Source: Candidatus Woesearchaeota archaeon
GTDB lineage: Archaea > Nanobdellota > Nanobdellia > SCGC-AAA011-G17 > GW2011-AR20
NCBI GenBank assembly: GCA_018303025.1
Contig: JAGVYZ010000018.1
Location: 1-32,000 of the forward strand
Direction of reading: 5' to 3'
Length of the DNA stretch: 32,000 bases
Shown: piece by piece, positions 1 to 8,135 of the stretch
Layout of the letters: each line of letters starts with the position of its first letter
How positions within the stretch are numbered: the first letter of the stretch is position 1
Translations under genes and position numbers: made by a program
Notes under the pieces: generated by a model
What the model was told of the DNA's origin: nothing
The model's input: the letters and a program-made list of their open reading frames with translations, nothing else
Databases searched by the model: none

Positions 1-85
1 ATTTAATTATTTATAAATGTTTCTATTAATTAAAAGAAAGTGTCAAAGATAGCAACATTTAAAAATAAAGAAAATATAAAATATC

Positions 86-346
86 ATGTTAACAAATTTA
101 GAAAAAGCCCAAATAATGTTTAAGCTTGCCAGAAAAGAAAATTGGGGTAATTGTTATGATAGGACAGAACATTTCAAAAGATTTCAAAACTTACAAGAAA
201 CAATAAAAGAGCTTGCAAAAAAAGAATGGATTATTATTCATTCTAAGCCAAAATTTACAGGTATTTCATTAAATACATTATTTAAAAAAGAAATTATTAA
301 ATTTATAGAAGAAGAAATGCCCAATTTAAAAGATTCAATTATCTAA
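86..346 (+). CDS. small hypothetical protein (86 aa), possibly winged-helix-like
   Basis: Intact ORF with a TATA-like ATTTAAAAATAA about 25 nt upstream of the ATG (leaderless geometry). K/E/I-rich host-like composition. No nameable motif. Confidence 0.45.
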   Translation: MLTNLEKAQIMFKLARKENWGNCYDRTEHFKRFQNLQETIKELAKKEWIIIHSKPKFTGISLNTLFKKEIIKFIEEEMPNLKDSII

Positions 347-372
347 ATTGTATTCCTCTTTTTATTAAATTT

Positions 373-620
373 TCAATGTCTTTTTTTTTCGCTAAATATC
401 CACAAAACACCTGTTCCAATTAATATTTTTCCGCTTAATTGCAAATAATCTAAGATTTGAGTTAAAGATTAATGCATGACTTTTCTGGGCAATTTTCTTT
501 TAATCTCGGCAATGTTCAATAAACCATTTGCTTTTTTAGAGTTTCTTCTGCCCTAATTACAATTCCAAGAGTAGGAGAGTATCCAAGATTTTCCATTTTT
601 ATTATTTGAATTTTTGCCAT
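373..620 (-). pseudogene. decayed small wHTH-like gene (frameshift in an A6 run plus in-frame TAA)
   Basis: The minus strand reads MAKIQIIKMENLGYSPTLGIVIRAEETLKK, then stops. After a 1-nt shift at the homopolymer (plus-strand T6, 533-538) the reading continues ANGLLNIAEIKRKLPRKVMH-TAA-SLTQILDYLQLSGKILIGTGVLWIFSEKKRH. That is protein-like sequence split over two frames with one internal stop. Confidence 0.45.
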
Positions 621-714
621 TTTAAGTTATAATTATATATAAAATAGTAGACTTATATTTAGAGATTTTTATTGCATTTTTAAAAAAATTAGTTTAATCA
701 AAAAAATAAAAAAA

Positions 715-1338
715 TTAAAACCCAAGTCTTAATCCTCCGCCAATATTTGTCCCACCAACCTGAACTTGCCCATCTAAAATTTTTGCAGATTTATAAGAAA
801 CTTGACCAAATACAGATACAGTTGGACTTACGGGCATCTCAACACCACCAGCAAGCATAAAACCCCATCCACCTTCGCTTACAGATATATCTTCATTAAA
901 ATGTTGTCCTCCAATAGTTCCACTTAGGCTCAACTCTTCACCAAATCCAATATGTGTTAATCCACCACCAGCATAAAATGTAACTTTTTCAGTAGGAACC
1001 ATAAAATAAGCACCGACATCAACCTCTAAACTTGAGGTATGTGCACTTGCATCAGTAATATCTGCATCTCCAAAACTCGCAGTATAAGGATTTCCACTTT
1101 TAGACAAATAACTTACACCAGATTCAATTTTTAAATTTGGGCTAATAACTCTTCCAAAAGAACCGCCAAACATAACAGCTGTTCCATATATATCACTAAA
1201 TCCTTCAGTACCGCCCATATGTGCAGATACATTTGCTGATAACTGGTTATAAGGTTTAAACTCTTCAGCTTTTGCTTTCATTGGTAATACACTCAAAGCA
1301 GTTACTCCCAAAGTACCTAAAACATTTCTCAATCTCAT
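715..1338 (-). CDS. secreted beta-barrel outer-membrane-protein-like protein (OmpW/Opa-like small barrel)
   Basis: Signal peptide MRLRNVLGTLGVTALSVLPMKAKA. G/S/T/V-rich alternating hydrophobic strands. C-terminal GGGLRLGF ending in Phe, as in the bacterial OMP beta-signal. Strong SD (GAAGGAGGGATTTAAATG). Visibly higher GC than neighbours. Confidence 0.7.
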   Translation of the reverse strand: MRLRNVLGTLGVTALSVLPMKAKAEEFKPYNQLSANVSAHMGGTEGFSDIYGTAVMFGGSFGRVISPNLKIESGVSYLSKSGNPYTASFGDADITDASAHTSSLEVDVGAYFMVPTEKVTFYAGGGLTHIGFGEELSLSGTIGGQHFNEDISVSEGGWGFMLAGGVEMPVSPTVSVFGQVSYKSAKILDGQVQVGGTNIGGGLRLGF

Positions 1339-1408
1339 TTAAATCCCTCCTTCGTAGAATTCATAAAATTAAAAGAAAGATTATCTAAATAATTCTTACC
1401 AGTAAAAT

Positions 1409-1912
1409 TTATCCCATTTCAAGAAAATTTACAATTATTTTCAGCCATGGAGTATAGTTTTCAGGATTTTCTTTAATGTCTTTTATTAAATCTTTAAAAT
1501 TAACCCATTTAACTTCTTCAACTTCAGCTTTGTTAAAATCAATTTTCCTGTCATATCTTCCAAGAAATACATGGTCAATCTCATTCTCAATTAGTCCATT
1601 AGAAAAACTAACTTTATAATTAAAAACAAACTTCTTCTTTAAATAACAGTCAAATCCCATTTCTTCAACAAGTCTCCTATGAATAGCATTTTGTAATGTC
1701 TCATTAAGCCTGGGATGACTACAGCAAGCATTAGACCATAAACCAGGACAATGATATTTAGTTAAAGCTCTTCTCTGCAATAAAAATTCATGCCTGGAAT
1801 TAAATATTATTATAGAAAAAGCCCTGTGCAATAATCCTTTTTTATGAGCTTCAAGTTTCTCACAAGAACCAATTTCATTATCTTTTTCATCAACCAAAAT
1901 AATCTCTTCCAT
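1409..1912 (-). CDS. idi: isopentenyl-diphosphate delta-isomerase, type 1 (Nudix fold)
   Basis: Collinear with E. coli Idi: LHRAFSIIIFN, LLQRRALTKYHCPGLWSNACCSHP (catalytic Cys region), LVEEMGF, ENEIDHVF (catalytic Glu region). Confidence 0.85.
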   Translation of the reverse strand: MEEIILVDEKDNEIGSCEKLEAHKKGLLHRAFSIIIFNSRHEFLLQRRALTKYHCPGLWSNACCSHPRLNETLQNAIHRRLVEEMGFDCYLKKKFVFNYKVSFSNGLIENEIDHVFLGRYDRKIDFNKAEVEEVKWVNFKDLIKDIKENPENYTPWLKIIVNFLEMG

Positions 1913-2104
1913 AAAACTTCAAAACCAAATTTATTTAAAAAGCATTTCATTGTTGCATTCCTTAATTCCTTTGTTCACCTTATGCAATCCCGTAGCAGAG
2001 TTAATCCCTATTAGTGTTCCAGTATCATTTCAAAAATACAATATTAGATTTAAAATATAATTATTTATTAAAGTTCCTGTGATTTTCATGACCTTAAGAT
2101 TAAT

Positions 2105-3406
2105 TTATCTTTCAAGTAGCCACTTCCAGATTGGCTCAAAAGAAATTTTAATTCCATTTATTGTTTCATTTGATAAAGTATCTTCTGTCAGTATTAGACC
2201 TTCCTTAAGTTTCAATTCTTTGCATGCTTTAGCTAAAACTCCAACTTCCCTTTTCTTTGTTTCTGATTTTTCTATATGCCAGCAAACCTGAATTGCCTGC
2301 ATAATCTTCTGTTTTTTCTTAATTACAAAGTCTACCTCTTCCTGCTTTTGGCTTTTCCAATAATATATCTCTGAATCTTTTTTATTTAATTCATTAAAAA
2401 CCAGATTCTCTGCCAATCTTCCATAGTCCTCTGAAAAAACAAAGGCTACAGAATTTCTTAATCCATTATCTATGCAATAGACCTTTCTTGGATTTAAAAT
2501 TTGCTCTTTTTCCGAGTAAGAAAACTTTTTTACGAAATTAAGCAGAAAAACACTCGAAAGATAATAAGAAAATCTTTCAACAGTGTCTAAATTAAGCTTA
2601 AGAACATTTTTTATATTATTAAATGATTGAAGAGTAGAAACATTTGTAAGATAATATTTAGCTAGCTCATTAAGTTTATTTACTTCTTTTATATTATATC
2701 TTTGGACTATATCTTTAATTGTTATATCACTAAAGTAAACCTCAAGCAAATCACGTTTATTTTCTTTATTAGCAAGTGTTACTTTAGGAAACCCGCCTTC
2801 TTTTAAGTAATCTGCAAAAGCTCTTTTTATCTCATGCCTTTTCTGAGAGATATCTAAAGCGTTTTTAACTTCAATCTTCTTAAAAAAAAGATATTCTCTA
2901 AATGAAAGAGGCTTAATTTCAATGTCTAAATGCCTGCCTGCTAAAACAGTAGAATATTCTGAACTAAGTAATTTTGAGCTTGAGCCAGTTACGAAAACAT
3001 TTATCTTTTTGTTTTCATGCAGAAATCTCGCAAATTTCTCCCACCCTTCTATAAGCTGAACTTCATCTAAAATAACATAATGTTTTTTATTTGGATTTAA
3101 ATCTGTTAAATAGATCTCATAAATTTTGTTTAACAAATCCAAATTTAAATTATTTAATCTCGGATCTTCAAAATTAACTATGAGAATATCTTCTTTTCTT
3201 ATTCCCGAATTTATAATATCCTTGCAAAACTGCAGAAGACATGTTGATTTTCCGCATCTTCTTATGCCAGTAATAACCACAATCTCTTTTGCTTTTGATA
3301 TTTCTTTTATTTTTTTAACTATAACTTCTCTTCTTATTCCAGCATCAATTTCTTTTCTCCAAAAATTCCAATCATTCAAAACATTTAATATTTCTAATTT
3401 TTCCAT
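2105..3406 (-). CDS. AAA-family ATPase with C-terminal DUF4143-like region
   Basis: Walker A ITGIRRCGKST and Walker B-like YVILDEVQ. Size and layout typical of AAA_14 plus DUF4143 ATP-binding proteins. Confidence 0.8.
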   Translation of the reverse strand: MEKLEILNVLNDWNFWRKEIDAGIRREVIVKKIKEISKAKEIVVITGIRRCGKSTCLLQFCKDIINSGIRKEDILIVNFEDPRLNNLNLDLLNKIYEIYLTDLNPNKKHYVILDEVQLIEGWEKFARFLHENKKINVFVTGSSSKLLSSEYSTVLAGRHLDIEIKPLSFREYLFFKKIEVKNALDISQKRHEIKRAFADYLKEGGFPKVTLANKENKRDLLEVYFSDITIKDIVQRYNIKEVNKLNELAKYYLTNVSTLQSFNNIKNVLKLNLDTVERFSYYLSSVFLLNFVKKFSYSEKEQILNPRKVYCIDNGLRNSVAFVFSEDYGRLAENLVFNELNKKDSEIYYWKSQKQEEVDFVIKKKQKIMQAIQVCWHIEKSETKKREVGVLAKACKELKLKEGLILTEDTLSNETINGIKISFEPIWKWLLER

Positions 3407-3445
3407 GATTTTATATGTTTTTTTGATTTATAAAGCTTACTACTG

Positions 3446-3487
3446 TATCGGTAGCTTTTTGATAAAAGCTACATGTTCTATCGGTAG
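3446..3487. promoter_or_regulatory. two TATCGGTAG direct repeats flanking a perfect 9-bp palindrome in a divergent promoter region
   Basis: TATCGGTAG at 3446-3454 and 3479-3487. GTAGCTTTT-TGAT-AAAAGCTAC at 3451-3472. Lies between the divergent ATPase (start 3406) and phosphoesterase (start 3589). Confidence 0.4.
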
Positions 3488-3588
3488 ATTTTAAACCTTT
3501 AGAAGGTGCTTGTCCTGTAACCCTACCTTTTAATATATATCTTAAAAAATATACTAAATAATATAAACCTAATTTCATTTGAACTAAA

Positions 3589-4299
3589 ATGGAAATCTAC
3601 AAAAATGTTGAAATAGTAGACCTGTGTTTATACTTAAAGAAAGAAAATATTTTAGTAATCGGAGATGTCCACATAGGCTATGAAGAAGCATTAAACAAGA
3701 GAGGATTTATGATTCCAAGATATAACTATGATTTATTAATAAAAAAATTAAAAGAAATTCTAAAGCAAGTAAAACCAAAAACAATAGTCCTTATGGGTGA
3801 TTTAAAGCATGAATTTGGTTCAATCTCAAACCAGGAATGGAGAGTAACATTAAATTTTCTAGATTTTTTAACAGAAAAGCATAAAGTAATCTTAATCAAA
3901 GGCAATCATGACAACATTTTAGAGCCAATATTAAAGAAAAGAAACTTAGAAGTCCAGGATTATTACAAAATAAACAATTTCTACTTCTGTCACGGCCATA
4001 AGATTCCAGAAGATAACAACATAAAAGATTCAAAAGTAATAATTATAGGTCATGAACATCCTTCAATAACATTCAAAAAACGTCCAGATGAAAAATTCAA
4101 GTGTTTTTTAAAAGGAAAATACAAAAACAAAGTACTTTTAGTCCTTCCTTCATTTCATTTCATAAGTGAAGGTTCAGATATAACAATACAATCACCATTA
4201 TCACCTTTAATCAAATCCTACAAAGACTTTGAAATTTATGTTTCAGAGGATAAACAAATTTTATATTTTGGCAATTTAAAAAACATTGCATCACTTTAA
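3589..4299 (+). CDS. calcineurin-like metallophosphoesterase
   Basis: Motifs VIGDVHIGYEE, GDLKHEF, GNHD, GHEHP in canonical order. Confidence 0.8.
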   Translation: MEIYKNVEIVDLCLYLKKENILVIGDVHIGYEEALNKRGFMIPRYNYDLLIKKLKEILKQVKPKTIVLMGDLKHEFGSISNQEWRVTLNFLDFLTEKHKVILIKGNHDNILEPILKKRNLEVQDYYKINNFYFCHGHKIPEDNNIKDSKVIIIGHEHPSITFKKRPDEKFKCFLKGKYKNKVLLVLPSFHFISEGSDITIQSPLSPLIKSYKDFEIYVSEDKQILYFGNLKNIASL

Positions 4300-4353
4300 T
4301 CTATATGTTTCTATACAATAACATATTTAAAAGAATTTTAAGCGTTTTGAATT

Positions 4354-5424
4354 ATGAGAAGTTATCACCATGATTTAACACCCGCCTTTTTATATGATCC
4401 AAACGGAACTTCAAAAAACTTTGCTCATCAGGTTTTTTCATTGATTCGTGCAGTAGACCATTCTTTTGATTTAATTCCCCTAGAGTTACATAGGATGGAA
4501 GATGGTGAAACAGAAGTCAGGATAGACCACAGTATAACTGGTAAAAACTGTTTTTATGTTGCAGGTTTAAGCGATAATCCAGAGAGATGGCTTGTAGATT
4601 TACTTTTAGTTAATGAAACATTGAATAATTGTGGAGCAGAAAAAATAACAGACGTTTCACCTTATTTAAGATTTAGCAGAGCAGATAGAAAATGGAGAAG
4701 TGGAGTTTCAATTGCTTCAAGCATGGTTGCAAAATGCTTAATGATGTATGGTGATGAGGTTATAACATTTGATATCCATAATGAAGCATCTCAAGTAGCT
4801 TATGATGAAAAGGGAAAAAGATTTACTTTACTTTACTCTTCTCCAGTATTAATTCCTTATTTAGTAAGAAATCATCGTGAATTTTTAGACGATGTAGTCG
4901 TAATGAGTCCAGATGATGGTGGTTTGAAAAGAGCTCGCGCATATGCTTTCAGAATAGGAGCACAAACAGATCAAGCAATCGAAACAGCAGCATCAGCTAA
5001 ACAAAGAAATAGTAGGGGTGAGTTGATTGGATTAAATTTATTAGGTATGGTCAGAGATAGAAATGTTCTTATTATAGATGATATTTATAGTAGTGGTAAA
5101 ACAATATCTGAAGCAGCAAAACAAGCAAAGGATAATGGTGCTAGATTAGTTTACGCTCACACCCCACATTTTATAGGCACAAGTGGAGACAAGTATATCA
5201 CTAAAGACATTGACCTCTTAATTGTTGGAGATTCATTAATAGACGAAATTAAAGATACACTTGCTACAAACCCAAAAAAAGAAATGATTTCCTATGCAGA
5301 ATTGGTTGCAGAAGCAATTTTAAGGCGTTCATTAAAAAGAGGAGTGAGTGATTTATTAGAAAATCATAGAGAAGAGTGGTTAATTCATACACCGCGACCA
5401 GACTTTGATATTATAGAAGTCTAA
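4354..5424 (+). CDS. prs: divergent ribose-phosphate pyrophosphokinase (PRPP synthetase)-like protein
   Basis: Collinear with Prs: EDGETEVRI (cf. SDGEVSVQI), ITDVSPYLRFSRADRK (cf. IPYFGYARQDR), VITFDIHN (cf. TVDLHA), VVMSPDDGGLKRARAYA, PRPP loop VLIIDDIYSSGKT, C-terminal LVAEAILR. About 40 extra C-terminal residues. TATA ATATTTAAAAG about 27 nt upstream of the ATG. Confidence 0.75.
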   Translation: MRSYHHDLTPAFLYDPNGTSKNFAHQVFSLIRAVDHSFDLIPLELHRMEDGETEVRIDHSITGKNCFYVAGLSDNPERWLVDLLLVNETLNNCGAEKITDVSPYLRFSRADRKWRSGVSIASSMVAKCLMMYGDEVITFDIHNEASQVAYDEKGKRFTLLYSSPVLIPYLVRNHREFLDDVVVMSPDDGGLKRARAYAFRIGAQTDQAIETAASAKQRNSRGELIGLNLLGMVRDRNVLIIDDIYSSGKTISEAAKQAKDNGARLVYAHTPHFIGTSGDKYITKDIDLLIVGDSLIDEIKDTLATNPKKEMISYAELVAEAILRRSLKRGVSDLLENHREEWLIHTPRPDFDIIEV

Positions 5425-5460
5425 GTAAAAAATATAAACCACTTCTTCTTTTTAGTTTCA

Positions 5461-5817
5461 ATGAAAAGAGCTTATATTTTAATTGCAGTTATTCTTTTAG
5501 GTATATTTTCCTATGTAGTCTATCAATACTCATATTTTGCTTATGATGAAATAAACGGTTTTGTAATTTTAGAGCAAAAAGACTTCATGGACCAAAAAGG
5601 CTGGCTTCATATTACAGGAAAAGTAAAAAACATAGAACAACCAGATGATAATACTAAAATAGTAGTTGAATATTACAATAAAGAAAATCAAACAGTAGGA
5701 AAAACAGTTTATTATTTTGATGAAAATATTTCTAAAGGAGAAGTAAAAGACTATGATGTTTTCAAGGTAGACAATTTAGACCAGGTAGACACATATAAAT
5801 TTACAATAGAAAGATGA
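5461..5817 (+). CDS. membrane-anchored small protein (FxLYD-like beta domain?)
   Basis: N-terminal TM anchor AYILIAVILLGIFSYVVY followed by a beta-rich ectodomain. Its stop overlaps the next ATG (ATGA). Confidence 0.6.
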   Translation: MKRAYILIAVILLGIFSYVVYQYSYFAYDEINGFVILEQKDFMDQKGWLHITGKVKNIEQPDDNTKIVVEYYNKENQTVGKTVYYFDENISKGEVKDYDVFKVDNLDQVDTYKFTIER

Positions 5818-6152
5818 AACAAGTAATTCTAGTTCGCCAGGATTTGCAGATGCCGAAAGGAAAATTAGCAATTCAATCATGTCACGCTTCTGTAGAAGCA
5901 GTCTTGCAATCAGACAAGGAAAAAGTAAAAGAATGGCGAAAACAAGGCATGAAAAAAATCATCCTAAAAGTTAAAGACAAAAAAGAATTATTATATTATC
6001 TTCAATTAGCAAAAGATAGTAATTTCACAACAGCTTTAATAACAGATGCAGGAAAGACATTTTTTGAAACAACAACCACAACTTGTTTAGCAATAGGCCC
6101 AGATAATGAAGAAAAATTAGATAAAATAACAGGAAATCTAAAATTATTATAA
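5814..6152 (+). CDS. pth2: peptidyl-tRNA hydrolase, archaeal/eukaryotic type
   Basis: MKQVILVRQDLQMPKGKLAIQSCHASV... is characteristic of the Pth2 family. Size of 112 aa fits. Confidence 0.9.
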   Translation: MKQVILVRQDLQMPKGKLAIQSCHASVEAVLQSDKEKVKEWRKQGMKKIILKVKDKKELLYYLQLAKDSNFTTALITDAGKTFFETTTTTCLAIGPDNEEKLDKITGNLKLL

Positions 6153-6194
6153 ACAACCATAATAAATATAAACAGTTCAAAAACTTCTAAGATT

Positions 6195-7589
6195 ATGTGT
6201 GCAATTACTGCTGCTTATGATTTAGAAAAAGCATGGAATTTAGCAAATTCACAAAGCAATCGCGGAAGAGATGGCTTTGGTTTTGGAGCAAGGCATAAAG
6301 ATGGAATAGATATAGTCAAAATAGCAGGAAAAATAACAAAGTTTAGATTTGAAGATTTAATTAATATATTTTCAGATATACGAAATATAGGAGAGTATAC
6401 AGAAATTATAGGTCATAATAGATATGCAACAAGTGGAAGCAAAGCCCAGCTTCTGGAAGGTTCTCATCCTCATAGTGTAGGAGGAAAAGTTATTGTGTCA
6501 AATAGCTCATGTATTGTAATAAAAAATTGTGATGCAGCAATAGTTCATAACGGTAATGTAACTCCTGAATATCTTCATGGATTAAAAACAAAATGTGATA
6601 CAGAAGCATTATTGCATTTATATCTTCAATTTGGAGAAAAAGAATTATTAAGAAACATTCCAGGCTCATATGCATTAGCCATAATAGATAAAAAAAGGCC
6701 TGATATGATTGTAATGCGAGATAGGTATGGAATTAAGCCATGCATGTTAAATATAGAAAATGGAAAAACCTATATTGTTTCAGAAGAAAGTGATCCTCTT
6801 CAAGATCTTTCACCAGGTGCAATTTATTACTTACATTCAGATGGAACTTTTACAGTAAACCAGATAGTTCCTTCATCTTCAAGACACTGTTTTTTTGAAT
6901 ATAATTATTTAGCAAGGTTAGAATCAGTTTTAGATGGAGTTAGTGTAAGAAAATTAAGAGAAGCACTAGGTGAAAGATTAGCACAAGAATATCCACCAAA
7001 TAAGAATGATATAATTACTTTTATCCCAAGATGTCCAGAAGTCGCTGCTAGAAGTTATACAGCTTATTCAATAAGTCAAGGTATAAATGTAGAATTTGCA
7101 GAATTATTAAGTAAAAATGATTCAGAAAGATCTTTTTTAGGCCCAACAGAAGAAGAAAGAAAAGCTTCAATTACCAATAATCTTCATTTAACTTCAGATG
7201 CACCTGAAATAATAACAGGTAGAGATATTTTAGCAGTAGAAGATAGTTTTGTTCGCGGTAATAATGGACCAATAGCAGGAAACATGCTGTTAAGAGCAGG
7301 TGCAAGAAGTGTTACATTTATTAGTTATACTCCTCCAATTGGAATAATTGGAGAAGACGGAATTCAAAGAGGCTGTATGTTTGGTGTTGACATGCCACCA
7401 ACAGATAATTTTATTGCAGTTGATAGAGTAAGAAAAGTTAACAGAACCTCGCCAGAAATAAGTGATATAATCGGATTTAATGTTAAATATTTGTCTATGG
7501 GAGGAACATTAGAAGTATTCGAAAAGTACGGATTATCACAAACAAGCTTATGCACTTATTGTATTGGAGGCAAACATCCCTTTTCTTAA
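6195..7589 (+). CDS. purF: divergent amidophosphoribosyltransferase (PurF)-like protein, Fe-S type
   Basis: Met-Cys N-terminus (Ntn nucleophile), RGRDGFG, GHNRYATSG, VHNGNV, DTEALL. PRTase half has ERSF and ILAVEDSFVRGNNG. Four Cys sit where B. subtilis-type [4Fe-4S] ligands lie (SRHCFFEY, RGCMFGVDMP, LCTYCIGG). Confidence 0.75.
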   Translation: MCAITAAYDLEKAWNLANSQSNRGRDGFGFGARHKDGIDIVKIAGKITKFRFEDLINIFSDIRNIGEYTEIIGHNRYATSGSKAQLLEGSHPHSVGGKVIVSNSSCIVIKNCDAAIVHNGNVTPEYLHGLKTKCDTEALLHLYLQFGEKELLRNIPGSYALAIIDKKRPDMIVMRDRYGIKPCMLNIENGKTYIVSEESDPLQDLSPGAIYYLHSDGTFTVNQIVPSSSRHCFFEYNYLARLESVLDGVSVRKLREALGERLAQEYPPNKNDIITFIPRCPEVAARSYTAYSISQGINVEFAELLSKNDSERSFLGPTEEERKASITNNLHLTSDAPEIITGRDILAVEDSFVRGNNGPIAGNMLLRAGARSVTFISYTPPIGIIGEDGIQRGCMFGVDMPPTDNFIAVDRVRKVNRTSPEISDIIGFNVKYLSMGGTLEVFEKYGLSQTSLCTYCIGGKHPFS

Positions 7590-7605
7590 TAACAGGAGAT
7601 TAAAA

Positions 7606-8025
7606 TTACTGTGAATGCATAGGAAAAACTAATTCAGTAATTGGAACTCTTATTTTTAATGTTTGATATACTCGATTTACTAAGTTAGTTGCATATTTTT
7701 CTATTTCTTCTGCCAAATAATTATCAGATTTATTTTTATCTAAACAAGCTGTTGCATTATCTCCACCAATATTTAAATCACTGCCAACACAAACATTTCT
7801 TCTGTCATCAAAAGAAGCTCTTACAGCATAAAAATATCGGCTTGAACTACTATCTCCAAATCTGCCTGCTTCATTTAATCTTTTTTCTAAATCATAGCTT
7901 AGTTTAACAGTAACAAATTCATCTAAAACATTATAACCATCAGGAATTACCACAACAGGAAATATTCTTCCATTTCTCAAGCATAAATTTCTTCTATCTT
8001 TAACAATCATTACACAGTCTTTCAT
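7606..8025 (-). CDS. hypothetical protein (139 aa), no recognisable domain
   Basis: Intact ORF convergent on the purF-like gene (16-nt gap) and divergent from leuS. R/D/G/S-rich composition, unlike the K/N/I-rich housekeeping genes. Confidence 0.55.
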   Translation of the reverse strand: MKDCVMIVKDRRNLCLRNGRIFPVVVIPDGYNVLDEFVTVKLSYDLEKRLNEAGRFGDSSSSRYFYAVRASFDDRRNVCVGSDLNIGGDNATACLDKNKSDNYLAEEIEKYATNLVNRVYQTLKIRVPITELVFPMHSQ

Positions 8026-8135
8026 ATTAAACTAAGAAAAATATCCATTTAAAAACATTTTGCTTTATAACTACTGTATAATTAAAACAAGTTTATAATA
8101 AAAACATTTAAATTGAACAAGTGTAACAAAGATTC

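Noticed and set aside
1913-2104. 192-nt spacer between idi and the AAA-ATPase, examined for a small RNA or gene remnant.
   Set aside because: It holds only a 6-bp TTGCAT/ATGCAA pairing with a large loop, and no ORF longer than about 20 codons. Nothing supportable.
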